A stretch of DNA of 64,000 nt from Felis catus (taxonomy: Eukaryota). The translations under genes were made by a program, and so were the position numbers. Within the stretch, counting starts at the first letter, position 1. Every line of letters begins with the position of its first letter. The DNA is taken from assembly GCF_018350175.1 (NCBI RefSeq), contig NC_058368.1:56484001-56548000 (forward strand). Direction: 5' to 3'. Positions 13,363-26,006 of the stretch are shown here, piece by piece. The notes beneath the pieces are model-generated. The model saw only the letters and a list, made by a program, of their open reading frames with translations. It was not told where the DNA came from and ran no database searches.

Positions 13363-13972
13363 CTAGAAAAACATATGAACGTATGTAAAATAAACCAAAA
13401 TGTTTGAAAGCACATGAAATGCCACATATTATAGGAAGTAACCAAAAAAACCATTTATTTGAGTTTGAGGAGTGTGGAATGGAATGCCTTGTCCTAGACC
13501 TAGTGCTGTGCTCACTGCTCAATAAGCCCATGCTGCTGTAGAACCAGTACCGCCAACTGTGAAACTTGTAACAACCAAAACACTGAATAACTAACTGTTC
13601 ATTTTTTTTTACATCACCTAATTTTATAGTTTGAGAATGGAGTATTTGATTTGTTGAGGCAATGAGCCTAATAATTAATAGCCAGCGTATTGGGAAAGAA
13701 ACTGTTTTCTTTTTAATTGGAAGAGAGAGAAATAAAACTATTATTTATAAGACAGTGCTAGAAGTATAAATAAAGAAATGTGGATTGATTTTGAGACAAT
13801 AAGAATACAGGAGATAATTCTAACTGTAAAAAGTACAATTTCAAATAAAGCGAGTCTTGAGCCAATTAAGTGTTTAGAGGAAGTGATTTTAAAAAAGTGG
13901 TCTATGCAAGAGGGATCAAAACAAGTAGTGGTTACAAACTGTGCTGTGTATGCATAAAATTTAATGTAACTA

Positions 13973-14300
13973 TAATTGACCCTTAAACAATGTGGGGGTT
14001 AGAGGCACGGACTTCCCCACAGTGAAAAATCTGTATAAGTTTTCACTCACTAAAAGCTTAACTAGTAATAGTCTTCTGTCAACCAAAGACTTACTGATAG
14101 CATAAATAGTCCATTAACACATTTTTTGTATGTTATAGGTATTATTTACCATATTCTTATAATAAAGTAAACTAGAGAAAAGAAAATGTTATTAAAATCA
14201 TAAGGAAGAAAAATACATTTATGGTATTATATTCTATCGAGAAAATCTGTGTATAAGTGGACCTGTGCAGTTCCAGCCCATGCTGTTCAAGAATCAACTG
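13973..14300 (+). mobile_element. Tigger2a-type non-autonomous DNA transposon
   Basis: TIRs taattgacccttaaacaa / ctgttcaagaatcaactg; TA TSD on both sides. Confidence 0.9.
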
Positions 14301-14325
14301 TATTTCCAATGGATTTCAATGTGAG

Positions 14326-14327
<2 letters not shown>

Positions 14328-14357
<30 letters not shown>
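14328..14357. repeat. (TG)n microsatellite
   Basis: Seen directly. Confidence 0.95.
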
Positions 14358-14360
<3 letters not shown>

Positions 14361-14559
14361 TATGTGTGCGCTTATGCTAAGGATGGGCATGTGTGTATGA
14401 TGACATGTGATCATGAAGTATGTTTGCAAAACCTGAAAATAACGAGTTTTATGTGCAAATGAAAGATAGTTAGACCTAGATAGTATTAAGAAACTGTTGA
14501 AAACATTATGAATGACATAAATCAAAATATTTGAGTTTTAGTAGGACCATTCAGTTAGC

Positions 14560-14865
14560 AAGTTGGAGAACAGGTATGGGCACCGAGCGAGGGCTAAAGG
14601 AATATTCCAGGGAAGAAATGACATGTGTTTTTGCAAAAGGAGTAAATGTGGCAATTAAAAAATTTCATAAAACTATTTTGAGATTTTATCACTATAACTT
14701 TCATAACTAGTATATACTGGTAGAGAATCAAAGGCATCCATAGATTTGAGATTTAGGAATTTACAGAATGGTAGTATGATTAATTAAGAGAAATAGGAAG
14801 GAAGGCATGTTTCCAGGGAAAGTTCAGGTTAGAACATTGTGAGTTGAGGTATCTATTTGGATAAT
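14560..14865 (-). mobile_element. L2 fragment
   Basis: attccagggaagaaatgacatgtg and agttcaggttagaacattgtgagttgaggt resemble minus-strand L2. Confidence 0.55.
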
Positions 14866-14879
14866 TGCATATATATGCC

Positions 14880-15291
14880 TGGCTAACAGACACATAAAAA
14901 GATGCTCAACATCACTCATCATCAGGGAAATACAGATCAAAACTACAATAAGATATCACTTCACACCTGTCTGAATGACTAAAGTTAACAACACAAAAAA
15001 CAACAGGTGTTGGAGAGGATGCAGAGAAAGGGGAACCCTCTTACACTGTTGATGGAAATACAAATTGGTGCAGCCAGTCTGGAAAACAGTATTGAGGTTC
15101 CTCAAGAAGTTAAAAATAGAACTCCCCTGTGATCAGCACTACTTGGTAATTACCCAAAGGATACAAAAATACTAATCCTAAGGGATATATGCACCTGGAT
15201 GTTTATGCCAGCACTATCAACAAAAGCCAAATTATGGAAAGAGCCTAAATGTCCATCTACTGATGAATGGATAAAGGTGTGGTGTGTGAAT

Positions 15292-15338
<47 letters not shown>

Positions 15339-15745
15339 GGAATATTATTCAGCCATGAAAAATAATGAAGTCTTGCCATTACAAGGACATCGATGGAATT
15401 AGAGTATATTATGCTAAGCAAAATAAGCTAGAGAAATACAAATACCATATGATTTCAATCATGTGGAATTTAAGAAACAAAACAGATGAACATAGAGGAA
15501 GGGGAAAAAAAGAGAGAAGCAAACCAACAAATAGACTTTTAATTATAGAAAACAAGCAGGGTGGCTGGAAACGAGATAGGCAGACAATGGGTTAAATGGG
15601 TGATAGGTGTTAAGGAGGGCACTTGTGACGAGCACTGGGTATTATATGTAAGTGATATTCACTAAATTCTACTCCTGAAACTATTATTACACTATATGTT
15701 AACTATCTGGAATTTAAATAAAAACTTGAAATGAAAATAATGGAA
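14880..15745 (+). mobile_element. 5'-truncated carnivore L1 (L1_Carn-type) 3' end
   Basis: ORF2 C-terminus ([15 protein letters not shown]), internal (CA)n, 3'UTR and A-rich tail. Confidence 0.93.
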
Positions 15746-15754
15746 AAAAAAGCC

Positions 15755-16380
15755 TATCCAAAAGTCAGACACTTCTTGACATTTCCACCACAAACACTGG
15801 TTTCAAGGAATCGTAATCTTTCATCTCTGTTAATAATGTAACATCCTAATTGTTCAGCTTGCAACCACTCTTGCCATTAGAACAAGATGCTTGTTCCTTC
15901 CTCCTCCCTCAAGGTAATCCAGATCACATCTCCTCCATTTCTGAAATCCCTCAGTAGATTTCCGTCACATCTAAAGTGAAAGTCTCCCTACCAGATTCTG
16001 CCTTTATTTATCTATGTATTTATTTGTTTGTTTATTTTTGGTGGTCTACCTGCTGTCTTCTTCTACAGCGTCATCCCATAACATTGTCCTTGTTAATTAC
16101 AGTTCAGCCGCAGTCTCCTTTTTGTCCTTCAAGTATGCTAATTCCTTCCTGCCGCAGTGTCTTTAAGCATGGTGGTTGTATTTTTTCCTGGACTTCTCTC
16201 CCTATATCTTCATATGGGTCACTCCTTATCCAGTTGGTCTCTGTTCAAAGATCTTCCTTGAGAAGTCTCTAAATGCTCTTGCAAAACAGTCCCATCCAAT
16301 TCCATTTACTCCCACTGCTCTTGACCCTGATTATTTTCTTCATAGCACATCTCTATATGAAATATTATGTATGTATATGT
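15755..16380 (+). mobile_element. L2a fragment
   Basis: atccaaaagtcagacacttct, ccagatcacatctcctcc, ttattttcttcatagcacat L2 blocks. Confidence 0.75.
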
Positions 16381-16490
16381 TTACTGGCTTAAATGTGTGC
16401 ATTTATTTAATTTACTGCTTATCAAATAATCCCTTTATGCGTCCAACATTGTTTTAAATTTTGGCAAGATACAAAAAACAGAGCTAAGAT

Positions 16491-16587
16491 GGGGCACCTA
16501 GGTGGCTCAGTTTGTTAAGCATCTGTAGAGACTGCTTGGGATTCTTTCTCTCCCTCTCTGTCTCTCTCTCTCTCTCAAATAAATTTA
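16491..16587 (+). mobile_element. Internally deleted CAN-SINE
   Basis: Head joined directly to the 3' CT region; 17-bp TSD aaaaaacagagctaaga at 16473-16489 and 16588-16604. Confidence 0.92.
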
Positions 16588-18052
16588 AAAAAACAGAGCT
16601 AAGAAAAAATTATTTAAGTCTTCTTTATACAACGACTGGATCAGCTACTCTGAGGGTCCATTAATTTATAGTTGAAGAAGAGCAATAGATTAGGAATATA
16701 AAATAGAATACAGTTCAGGAATATAAACAATAGAAGCAATGACAAAAAAAGATGAACAGAGAGTCTGTGATTTCTCCTCAACTTACCAGTGCCTAAGGTG
16801 GGTTTCCTCCATGTGTTCAGCACTTATGCTCAGGAATGTGTTCGTTATCACCATGCAGCCACTGGAATGTTACCAGGAGGATGATTGTTTTTCCTGATCT
16901 TAATGTGTGGGCCCTCATGAAGAAGCAAATGTGTTTGTTTGATGTTTAATATTGAGGAATACATTCAGCTCAAATTATTGATAAATCTGTTTTCAAAAGA
17001 CATGGCATACATTGTTATTGCAGAAAATTTCAGAAAATATGTTCTTGCAGGAGGAAGACAACAAAAACTATCATGAACCATCTTGTTTTGAGTATGGTAG
17101 ATTTGAGTATGGTAGATTATGAGTTCAGACTGGGAAAATTCTGTAAGACTGAAAGTTTACCTAAGAGAAATTATCTGAGCATTTATAGGAATTTCAGTAG
17201 AGCTATCAAGTGAAGTACTAAATAGTGGGTTGATACTTTTACCTTCTCTTATAGAGCAGAATATTCTCACCACAAATTCTGTTCTCGTATCTGATTTTGG
17301 TCTTGGAATATGAGCTGCCATGTAATTATTGGCCTTTGAATCTCTTACCTCATAGCTGTTACCTCATCTGTTACCTCATAGCTGATTATCTTAAAGATCA
17401 AGTTGATACATCTTATTTCCTCTTCCATTTTCTGGTAGATACCATTATAGTAGAGAATCATCCATCTCCCTCATCTCTCTCTTGTGCACATGGTACCCTG
17501 TATGTTGGGAGTCTTGGGACACATAGAGGTTGTGGAGCATTGGCCTAAACTTGAGAGTGCTAAACTTGGGAAGGTATCTTGATGTTTCTTGCAGTTCATC
17601 TGGTTCCATTTATCTGTCTTTTCTTTTTATTTTAACTACCTGTTCTTGTACTAATTTGTACTGCAAGTATTCCCTGAGATTCAAGAACAAGGAGGTAAGA
17701 AACAAAACTATTTGGGATTTTTGGACTGAGATATTTCTCAGTAATGATGTAATAAGTAAATTTGATATATTTCAGTAAGCTTTCTTTTTCCTTCCTCTCA
17801 GTCTTTGTAGATTCATTGTCAACAAGATCTAGAACAAGATGCAGAGCTACTACAATCTGGCTTTGTCCAAAGAAAGTTGTATTGATATCATGGAGACCAC
17901 CTTGACTAATAATAATGACTGAATGGTATTTGTTTTGTATTTTCTTCACTCATCAGAGGACCTCAAAATTAAAAAGTAATTTATGGTGCTATGATCTTAT
18001 AATATATATTTCTCAAACAACCATTCAATTTTTATTGGACTTACTTTACATG

Positions 18053-18517
18053 TGAAAGATTGCAGAATATACCACCCCCAAATATGCTGTTCTGGTATGT
18101 TGACTATTTTGAGTTAAAAGCTTGTGAAAAACAGTAAATGCAAGAAAAACACTCTAGCTCTCCTTCTGTTTCTTAAACACAGATGGAACTTTGTAGTGAA
18201 AAATGGCCTCCCTATACCAGAAGGAAAGTAACTTTTTCCTCAAGGACAAGAAGTTGAGACCAAGAAAATCCTGTACAAATAGAACTTGCTAAAATAATTC
18301 TTATTTTCCTTTAGTTTCTCCACCTAATTCAGTGACTTTTCTGCAATTGCCTCTCCTTGTTCAATGGGTCTTCATTCCTTAGAAAGGCTCCCTTGTCACA
18401 TAAATTTACATACATTTCCTTGATTTCCTTCTATTTATCTGTTTTATTACAATTTAATTCTTAGGCCCAACAAAAAACCCTAAGAGGGTAGAGGGAAAAG
18501 TTCACCTTCCCAATACT
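18053..18517 (+). mobile_element. MER34/MER39-family ERV1 solo LTR
   Basis: cagaatataccacccccaaatatg...tgttgactattttgagttaaaag start; aaccctaagagggtagagg end. Confidence 0.82.
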
Positions 18518-18765
18518 GATAAGTCATTCTTCTTCTCAGTGGATGATGCAAAGACTTATAAGACTGGACACATTTCATTAAGATTTTTATATGATATTTA
18601 GGTAGACAAGGCAAAATGAGGTATGGAACAATTTATAATGCATATCAGTGAAGTACTAAATATAAAAGGCTATTGAATATAAGACCTGTCAACTATGATG
18701 AGAAAGAAAGTGTATGATTTGTTTTTACACGTGAAAACTTTATCATATTAGAATCACAGAAAACA

Positions 18766-18973
18766 GGGGTGCCTGAGTGGCTCAGTCAGTTAAGCGTGTG
18801 ACTTTTCATTTCAGCTCAGGTCACGCTCTCACAGTTCGTGAGTTCAAGCCCTACATTGGGCTCTGCACTGTGTCAGTGCAGAGCCTGCTTGAAATTCTCT
18901 CTCCCTCTCTCTCTCTGCCTTTACCCCATTCATTTTCTCTCTCTCTCTCAAAATAAATAAACTTAAAAAAAAA
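18766..18973 (+). mobile_element. CAN-SINE
   Basis: TSD agaatcacagaaaaca/agaattacagaaaaca. Confidence 0.96.
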
Positions 18974-19203
18974 AGAATTACAGAAAACAGGAACAATGAG
19001 TATGTCCAGAAGAGGGACCTGTGTAAGAAAATGCCACAAGCATGATTTGAAAATTCTTGTGAAGGAAGCAGTTCTTTACTCACCAGTAAGTACCACTGTT
19101 TGATTGTATCTCATTTTGAACAGCAGAATAAAGAAATCTATATTCAGGAGAAGGTGGTGGTTTTTAAGTAGGTGGTTTCATAGTTTGAGAAAAATGTGTT
19201 TGG

Positions 19204-19370
19204 GGCTTCCAGTTATGGAATGAATAAGTCACAGGAAGAGAAGTCACAGCATAAGGAATATAGTCAATGTTATTGTAATAGCTATACTTATAGTGAACAT
19301 AGAATAATGCATAAACTGAAACTAATGCAATATTGTGTGTCAACTATACTCAAATTAAGAAAAAGGAAAG
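19204..19370 (+). mobile_element. Short L1 3'-end insertion (L1_Carn7-like)
   Basis: cttccagttatggaatgaataagtcac; 13-bp TSD aaaatgtgtttgg at 19191-19203 and 19371-19383. Confidence 0.85.
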
Positions 19371-19454
19371 AAAATGTGTTTGGTAAAAGTGGGAAAGTTG
19401 GAGAGCTTTAGGAAGAAAGTGCATATGAGGAGACTTTATCAAATATTTTCTGTA

Positions 19455-19675
19455 ACTGAGGTTTATTATGTGGGCCAGGTATTGTGCTAAGCTATATTTG
19501 GTCACAATTTGTCATTACCCACACCCTGTCAGGTTCATTTTAGTTTTTAAATATTAATAGTAGAACACTGAGGCTCTGAGACAATTGTTAAGTTTTCAGT
19601 TCAAATAGTAAATAACAGACCTGGGATTCAGTTTCACATCTTTGGAACTCAAACACTAGTTAACTATTTCTATTA
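19455..19675 (-). mobile_element. MIR
   Basis: gccaggtattgtgctaagc...actgaggctctgaga...ctgggattca. Confidence 0.75.
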
Positions 19676-21314
19676 AGGTATCTTAATAATGAACCATTTG
19701 ATCTCCTTAAAGTATTTATCATTTAGTAGTTTATGCATTTCTTAATAGTTTGTGTAATATTCTTTGCAAGGATGTAGGAATATTAAAACAAGTATTTTAA
19801 CATACTAATCATACTGTTAGTCTGATCTTAGCAAAGAATATCCCTAAATCCCTAAAACGGTTAGGTCACAGGAACTTTGTGAGTAACTGCACATTTAATG
19901 CATCTCATTTGTCTTAAATTGTGGTTAGTCAGCATCCTGACCTTCTATTCACGGGGTGGGTAATTGACTAAGTGAGTTGAAAAAACCATTTGTTTGACCT
20001 CTGTGGGAGGGAGTTCCATCAGTCTTCTGGCAGCAGAAGGTACAAAGTTATAATTAAATAACCACAACCTCCAACAGCTCTGAGCACATTCCTCTCACTT
20101 CACATGCTGCTGTTTTGTTCCAACGTCTGCTCCTGGCCAGGCACATTCTGTTCCCCCTTCCAGCCATAACTCAATCCTGTAACAGTCGCCATCACCCTCA
20201 CAGCCTGATCTGGCTCAGAACCCAGTATCTGCTTTCCTTCTGGCACAAAAACCTCTTTCTCATTCCAGCCTCACTGCCTTTCTATGCCTGGTCTTTGCTT
20301 TTATCTTGGTACCCTTCCAAATGTCCATTCCAGTCCTTTTTCCTGTTCTGACTTAAATTGTCCTTATTTCTCTTTTGACTTCAAGGCCATGATGCTTTCT
20401 TCCTCTTTGTTTCCTCTCAGTTTTTTCTCTTTTCTCAAATTATCTATTTTATGTTCATGTATATAATTTGCCTAGATCCAAATATTTAATGTTACTAAAG
20501 AATAGAACCTAGTGGATTACTTAATGTTAAAATATTTGCAGGTCATGTAAGGGACCTACTTTTGGAGGGGGTATTTCCATGTGATATATATCAGCAGATT
20601 ACACCTCCTCAGTATAGAACCTAAAGAAGAAATGCAATGCATTCAGTTGTATGAAAATTGCTGTGCAAGTTTAGTAGATGCGGGGCATCTTCTAATGTAA
20701 TCAATTATGTCTTGAATTAGGGTTTTCAAAATATATAGAGGTTTAAGGTAACTAAAAAGTTTCACAATTACCTCCAATTCATATAGATTAATTAGAAGTA
20801 TACATGAATTTAGTGAAAATGTTTTATGAAAGAGTGGATTAATGCTAGAATTACTGATCTGCAATTCCCAATTGCAATTATATATTCTGGTACTAAATTT
20901 GAATTACATTATTGTACACACACACACACACACAACCTAAAAGCTAGCTGATAATTCTGATTCTTTTATTCCTATGACTCTTAATATCCAGGTCACATGG
21001 GACTTAGTCCTAACTGATTTAATAGGCCTCATTCTCAAATCTCTTTTGCATTTCCATGATAGGCTTCATTCCTAGGAAATTATATATATTATTCTTCTAT
21101 TCCTGAAGTCTATTCCTTGAGAGGCGCTGAGTATAATTTTTTCCTCTGCTGTCAGAAATGTAGGCTATTTTCTCAGTGTTTCATTTTTCAATCGTAAATG
21201 ATTGAAAACTATATTTTTTCATATATATCACTTGTAAAACTTAACATATGAACATGTGTGAATATAGGTAGGCTCACATAGTCACATAGTGGGGGAAAGT
21301 AAAATGAGAAAATG

Positions 21315-21490
21315 AAGAGTGGACATTAAGTGGAAAGAAGTAATGGAAATGGAGATTACAAGAGAACTAAAGTCTTTTTATGGTGCGGAAACATGGTGGC
21401 ATATGATGGTGATAGATTTCAAGATGGTGAATGAAAGAGGGTATGGAGACATGGGATGTGTTTTAGATGGAGGTACAATGAAAGAGCAAA
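21315..21490 (-). mobile_element. L2 fragment
   Basis: Purine-rich pattern resembling minus-strand L2. Confidence 0.5.
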
Positions 21491-22352
21491 ATTTAGGATA
21501 ATGCTGCAATCTGAGTTTTCAATTACTTGTCTTCAACTCAGTTTTATTGTATAATACCCTCCATTGCATTATACCTTCAAACTACCCATGTAATTAAACC
21601 TGTAATGTTTTTGTGGTTTAACTTCAGCCATCTTTGTGGTTCCATTACCCTTGATGGGCTTTACTCTAAGTCAAGCACTCTCTGAAAGCTCTTATCTTCA
21701 AAGGAGTAATTAAAGCAAAGTGGAAAATTGGGAAGCACTTATTATGTAAAATATAGAAATATTTTCTTGCTACAAATATTTTACTAGGTTGAAGATAAGC
21801 CCAAGTAATTAATAATCTGTCAAGAATTTAATGTGTTTTATTATTTTTGGATACCAGTGTGTAAAATATTTGTATCAAAATAGACTATATTTCTCAGATC
21901 AAAAGCTGTTATATTGGGCAGTGATAAAACATGTATCAACATAATATTTTTCTTAGTACATATATTTGCCTAACACATGACAATTGACAAGATAATAGAT
22001 GAAGAGAATTAAAATATATACAAACTGACAAGTAAAATTGAGGACTGGATTCTGTGTAAAGCGAATAAATACTGTTGCTTCTCTTCTATATGCAATTTGA
22101 TAATAAGCATACAATTAGCCATGCACAGCAACTAAAGAGTTTAGTACTCTCATTCCACAGTATGTAAACAAATTTTGTGTGCATTGGCTCTGCAAATACC
22201 AAATCTGACTGCTAAGCTATCTTATGGCAAATATTCTGCAATTTTTATAGACTGTTGTTTTCAAACATGATTACAATATGAGAACACTTCATTTTTGTCA
22301 ATTTAATTCCTCCTGGTTAAGCCCAATTTATAGATTATATAAAATCAGAACT

Positions 22353-22555
22353 GGGGTGCCTGGGTGGCTCAGTTGGTTGAGTGTCTGACTTCGGCTCAGG
22401 TCATATCTTGTGGTTGATGAGTTTGAGCCCCACATTGGGCTCTGTGCTGACAGCTCAGAGGCTGGAGCCTGCTTCAGATTCTGTGTCTCCCTCTCTCTTT
22501 GCCCCTTCCTCCCTCGTTCCCTGTCTCTCTCACAAGAATAAATAATTAACATTAA
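22353..22555 (+). mobile_element. CAN-SINE
   Basis: TSD aaaatcagaac at 22341-22351 and 22556-22566. Confidence 0.96.
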
Positions 22556-22673
22556 AAAATCAGAACCACTTTGCTTGATCAATGGGATTAAGGAGAGGAG
22601 AAGAAAGAGTTTTAATGAGCATATTTTATTGCAAAAACACATTTCATTAAACACAACTCTAAAATTTTAGGTT

Positions 22674-22910
22674 GGTGGTACTTGGGTGGCTCAAGTCAGT
22701 TAAGCATCTGACTTTTGATTTCTGCCCAAGGTTGATTCCAGGGTCCTGGGATGAGCCTGGATCAGTCAGGCTCTGCATTGAGCATGAAGCCTGGTTAAGA
22801 TTACCTCTCTTTCCCTGTCTCTCTCACTGTCTCTCTCTGTCTCTCTCTCCCCCCACTACTCTCACCACCCACCTTACATGCTATCTCTCTCTCTCTCTCA
22901 AATTAGAACA
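22674..22910 (+). mobile_element. Older CAN-SINE
   Basis: Diverged head; TSD aaaattttaggttg/aaaattcaggttg. Confidence 0.9.
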
Positions 22911-22976
22911 AAAATTCAGGTTGTACCTCAGACTTTTTATTTTCCTTCTTTTCTCTCCTTAAGAAGAGGTTAACTT

Positions 22977-23139
22977 GGGGCACCTGGGTGGCACAGGCAG
23001 TTGAACGTTCGACTCTTGGCTTTGGCTCAGGTCATGATCTCACAGTTATGGGTTGAAGCCTGACATCTGGCTCTACACTGACAGCACAAAGCCTGCTTGG
23101 GATTCTCTCTCTCCCTCTCTCTCTGCCCTTCTACTGCTT

Positions 23140-23182
<43 letters not shown>

Positions 23183-23200
23183 ATTAATAAATTTTTTTTG
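22977..23200 (+). mobile_element. CAN-SINE with long (CT)n
   Basis: Head and tail; flanking ggttaactt duplication. Confidence 0.95.
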
Positions 23201-23491
23201 AAAGGGTTAACTTGTTCCCAGTCATCTAACAAGTCCCTCAATCATTTACCCAGTAAATAAACATAAATAGAATGAGATGAAATAGATTGCAGAACCAGAA
23301 CTCACATATGGTATCTTATTAGTAAACTATAGAAAAATAAGCAAATGACCACCCCTTTGCCAATCTAGATTAAATAATAGCTGCCTTTTCTTATAATGAC
23401 TTAAGATTGTGTGAATATTTAGAAAAATTGTTGAGGGAGGGCTAACACTGACAAGCTAAATCATACTATTGAACTAAATACCTAACTTTTA

Positions 23492-23581
23492 TTGTATTCT
23501 GTATTTTTTTTGAGAGAGAGAGAGACAGTGTGCACATAAGCATGCACATGAGCAGAGGCCAGGCAGAGGAAAGGGGGGGGG

Positions 23582-23631
<50 letters not shown>

Positions 23632-23756
23632 ATCTTAAGCAGGCCCCACTCCCAGTACAGAGGCTGACATGGGGCTCAATATCACGACTGTAAGATCATG
23701 ACCTGAGCCAAAATCTAGAGTAGGACACTTACCCAACTGAGCTACACAGGTGCCCC
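23492..23756 (-). mobile_element. CAN-SINE with G-run and (GA)n expansion
   Basis: 15-bp TSD aatacctaactttta at 23477-23491 and 23757-23771. Confidence 0.95.
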
Positions 23757-24136
23757 AATACCTAACTTTTAAGTACAAAATGTAGAATTATAAATATTGT
23801 ATGGCAAGTCAAGAGCCAAAATAAGGACACAGGATATTTGGACAGTCTTACTGCCTTTGATCAAAAATCAAAGAACATGCTAAGAACCATTACTATCTTG
23901 CCCTTATCAAAGTTGTCAAGCAGCTGTACCTATACACTAATGGGTACTTGCTAAGAATGGATGACTTATGACTGATGACTATACACTTCAGTATTTTGTG
24001 CTCAGGAAGACAGATACAATTAAAGGCTTAATGTAAATGAAGACCCACATGAATGGTACAAATGAAGGAAATATTTTCCTAGTCCCATTTAGTTAGAGAG
24101 AGGAGATGTATTTAAACTTAAATACAGTATATTTAA

Positions 24137-24330
24137 GGGGCACCTGGGTGGCTCAGTCAGTTAAGCATCCGACTTCAGCTCAGGTCTTGATCTCGCAGTT
24201 CATGGGTTCAAGCCCTGCATCGAGTTCTGTGCCGACAGCTCAGAGCCTGGAGCCTGCTTTGGAGTCTGTGTCTCCCTCTCTCTCTGCCCCTCCCCTGCTC
24301 ACACACTCTCTCTCTCAGGAAATGAATAAA
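24137..24330 (+). mobile_element. CAN-SINE
   Basis: Canonical body; acagtat flanking duplication. Confidence 0.96.
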
Positions 24331-24989
24331 CACAGTATTTAAGACAAATTAAAAGGTACATGATTGATAGTAAATTGATTAGAATTTTGAAGATCAAATA
24401 TTATTCCAGACAGAAAATTTGAATAAACTTACAGTTTATTCTAAATAGTATATAATAACATAGCCATTAATGGCTCTGGATGCCCCTGAGACATAACTAG
24501 TTATTGAAATTAATTCAGGAATGAAACACATTGTATCTCCTATTATAACCTATGGAGTTTCCATTAGAGACAAGCTCAAGAGCTGAATGGATTGGCACTT
24601 GTTGAAATTTCCTCATTCTTCTCATATTTTATTGAAATACATATATAATAAATCTAATTTCCTATTTTTTTTCCAGGATAACTCAATATTCTTTGAAGAC
24701 ATAAAGTCCCTCTCTCTATACTCTTCTTGTTTTTCTTATATAACTGCCCAATAATATACACCATTCTCTTTGCTTAAGAATCCCTTAAGCATCCCTTAAG
24801 GTTCTAAACAACTAATAGAGCTACTTATGTCTTATACCTTAAAGAAATATGTATATCCATTATTTCTCTAGGACTTAATATCTTTTTTTATAACATACCA
24901 TTCCTCAAATATTATCATTAATCAGTATGGCAATATTCTTTTAAACTTAGGATATATTATTAAAGGATTGATATCCCAAATTCTTAATT

Positions 24990-25850
24990 ATTTTCTATTC
25001 CCTTCTTAATTCCTGTGTTCAGTCATTTTAATGTATTCTCAATATCTCTTATGCGCCTTCATTTCTTCTGTATATTTCTTTGAAGTATTATCTCACCTAT
25101 ATTTATATTACAGGTGTACACACACACACACACACACACGCACACACACATATGTCATTTAAAACATATTCCCCAGTACACAAATTCTGTAAGTGACTGT
25201 TCTCATTTGTCTTATACACAACACTAAGCTTATATTTTAATTATATTGACATTTCTTCTAGTTCCTATTTCTAACTGGATCTTTCTTAAATATTTCTAGA
25301 CTACTTTGATAGTACTTTGTTTATTTGACATTCTACCTCTTTAATCATGGTAAACATGCTTGCATTCCTTTTTGCTGTATTTTTAATAATTAATTTTCTA
25401 CCTACCCTAAGTTTCTAATCTACCCTTGATACTAATTCTTTCTGTTTGCTCTCATGATAAATTATTTCCTTTTGTGCATAGTAATTTAGAATCAGCACTT
25501 CATATTCAGTGGAGCTTTGTCTGTGGGAATCATTGTTGCCTGAGTTGGGGATGTATGCCATCAAAGAGATTTTACTTTCAAATTTTGTGGGAACATTTAA
25601 GTGTTATGAGCAAAGATTGACATTAATGTGTATTTTGTTGCATGTGGTTATTTGAATCATATTTCTTTTAAAATTCAAACCTAAAAACCACCTAAAGTCA
25701 AAGTAGAGCATACCAATTCTCATGTAGAGTTGTTATTTAACTCAAGTAAGCTTTCCTGTTTCCCTGATTGAAAGTAAGTGGATTTTTGTGATTCTCACTT
25801 TCATTAATGACATAGTTTTGTATCCCTCTACATATACTTAAGGAACAGGG
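24990..25850 (-). mobile_element. Ancient L1M/HAL1 relics
   Basis: tctgtgggaatcattgttgcctgagttggggatg resembles old L1M/HAL1 5' sequence; boundaries approximate. Confidence 0.4.
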
Positions 25851-25973
25851 TCATGGTTACACATATTGGCAAGGATAAAAATACTGTATATGTTTCTGGT
25901 CTGCAATTATCTGTTTAATTTTGGATCATGGGAATTTCTCTGAAATTCTTACGATTTCAGCTTTGTACTAAAG

Positions 25974-25978
<5 letters not shown>

Positions 25979-26006
<28 letters not shown>

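Noticed and set aside
17088..17384. Short direct repeats (15-bp x2 at 17088; 14-bp x3 at 17345; also 251-284 and 9586-9609)
   Set aside because: Ordinary slippage duplications without spacer structure; not CRISPR-like.
17632..17949. 105-aa minus-strand ORF and a nearby plus-strand acceptor at 17810
   Set aside because: No recognisable domain; all plus-strand frames after the acceptor stop quickly.
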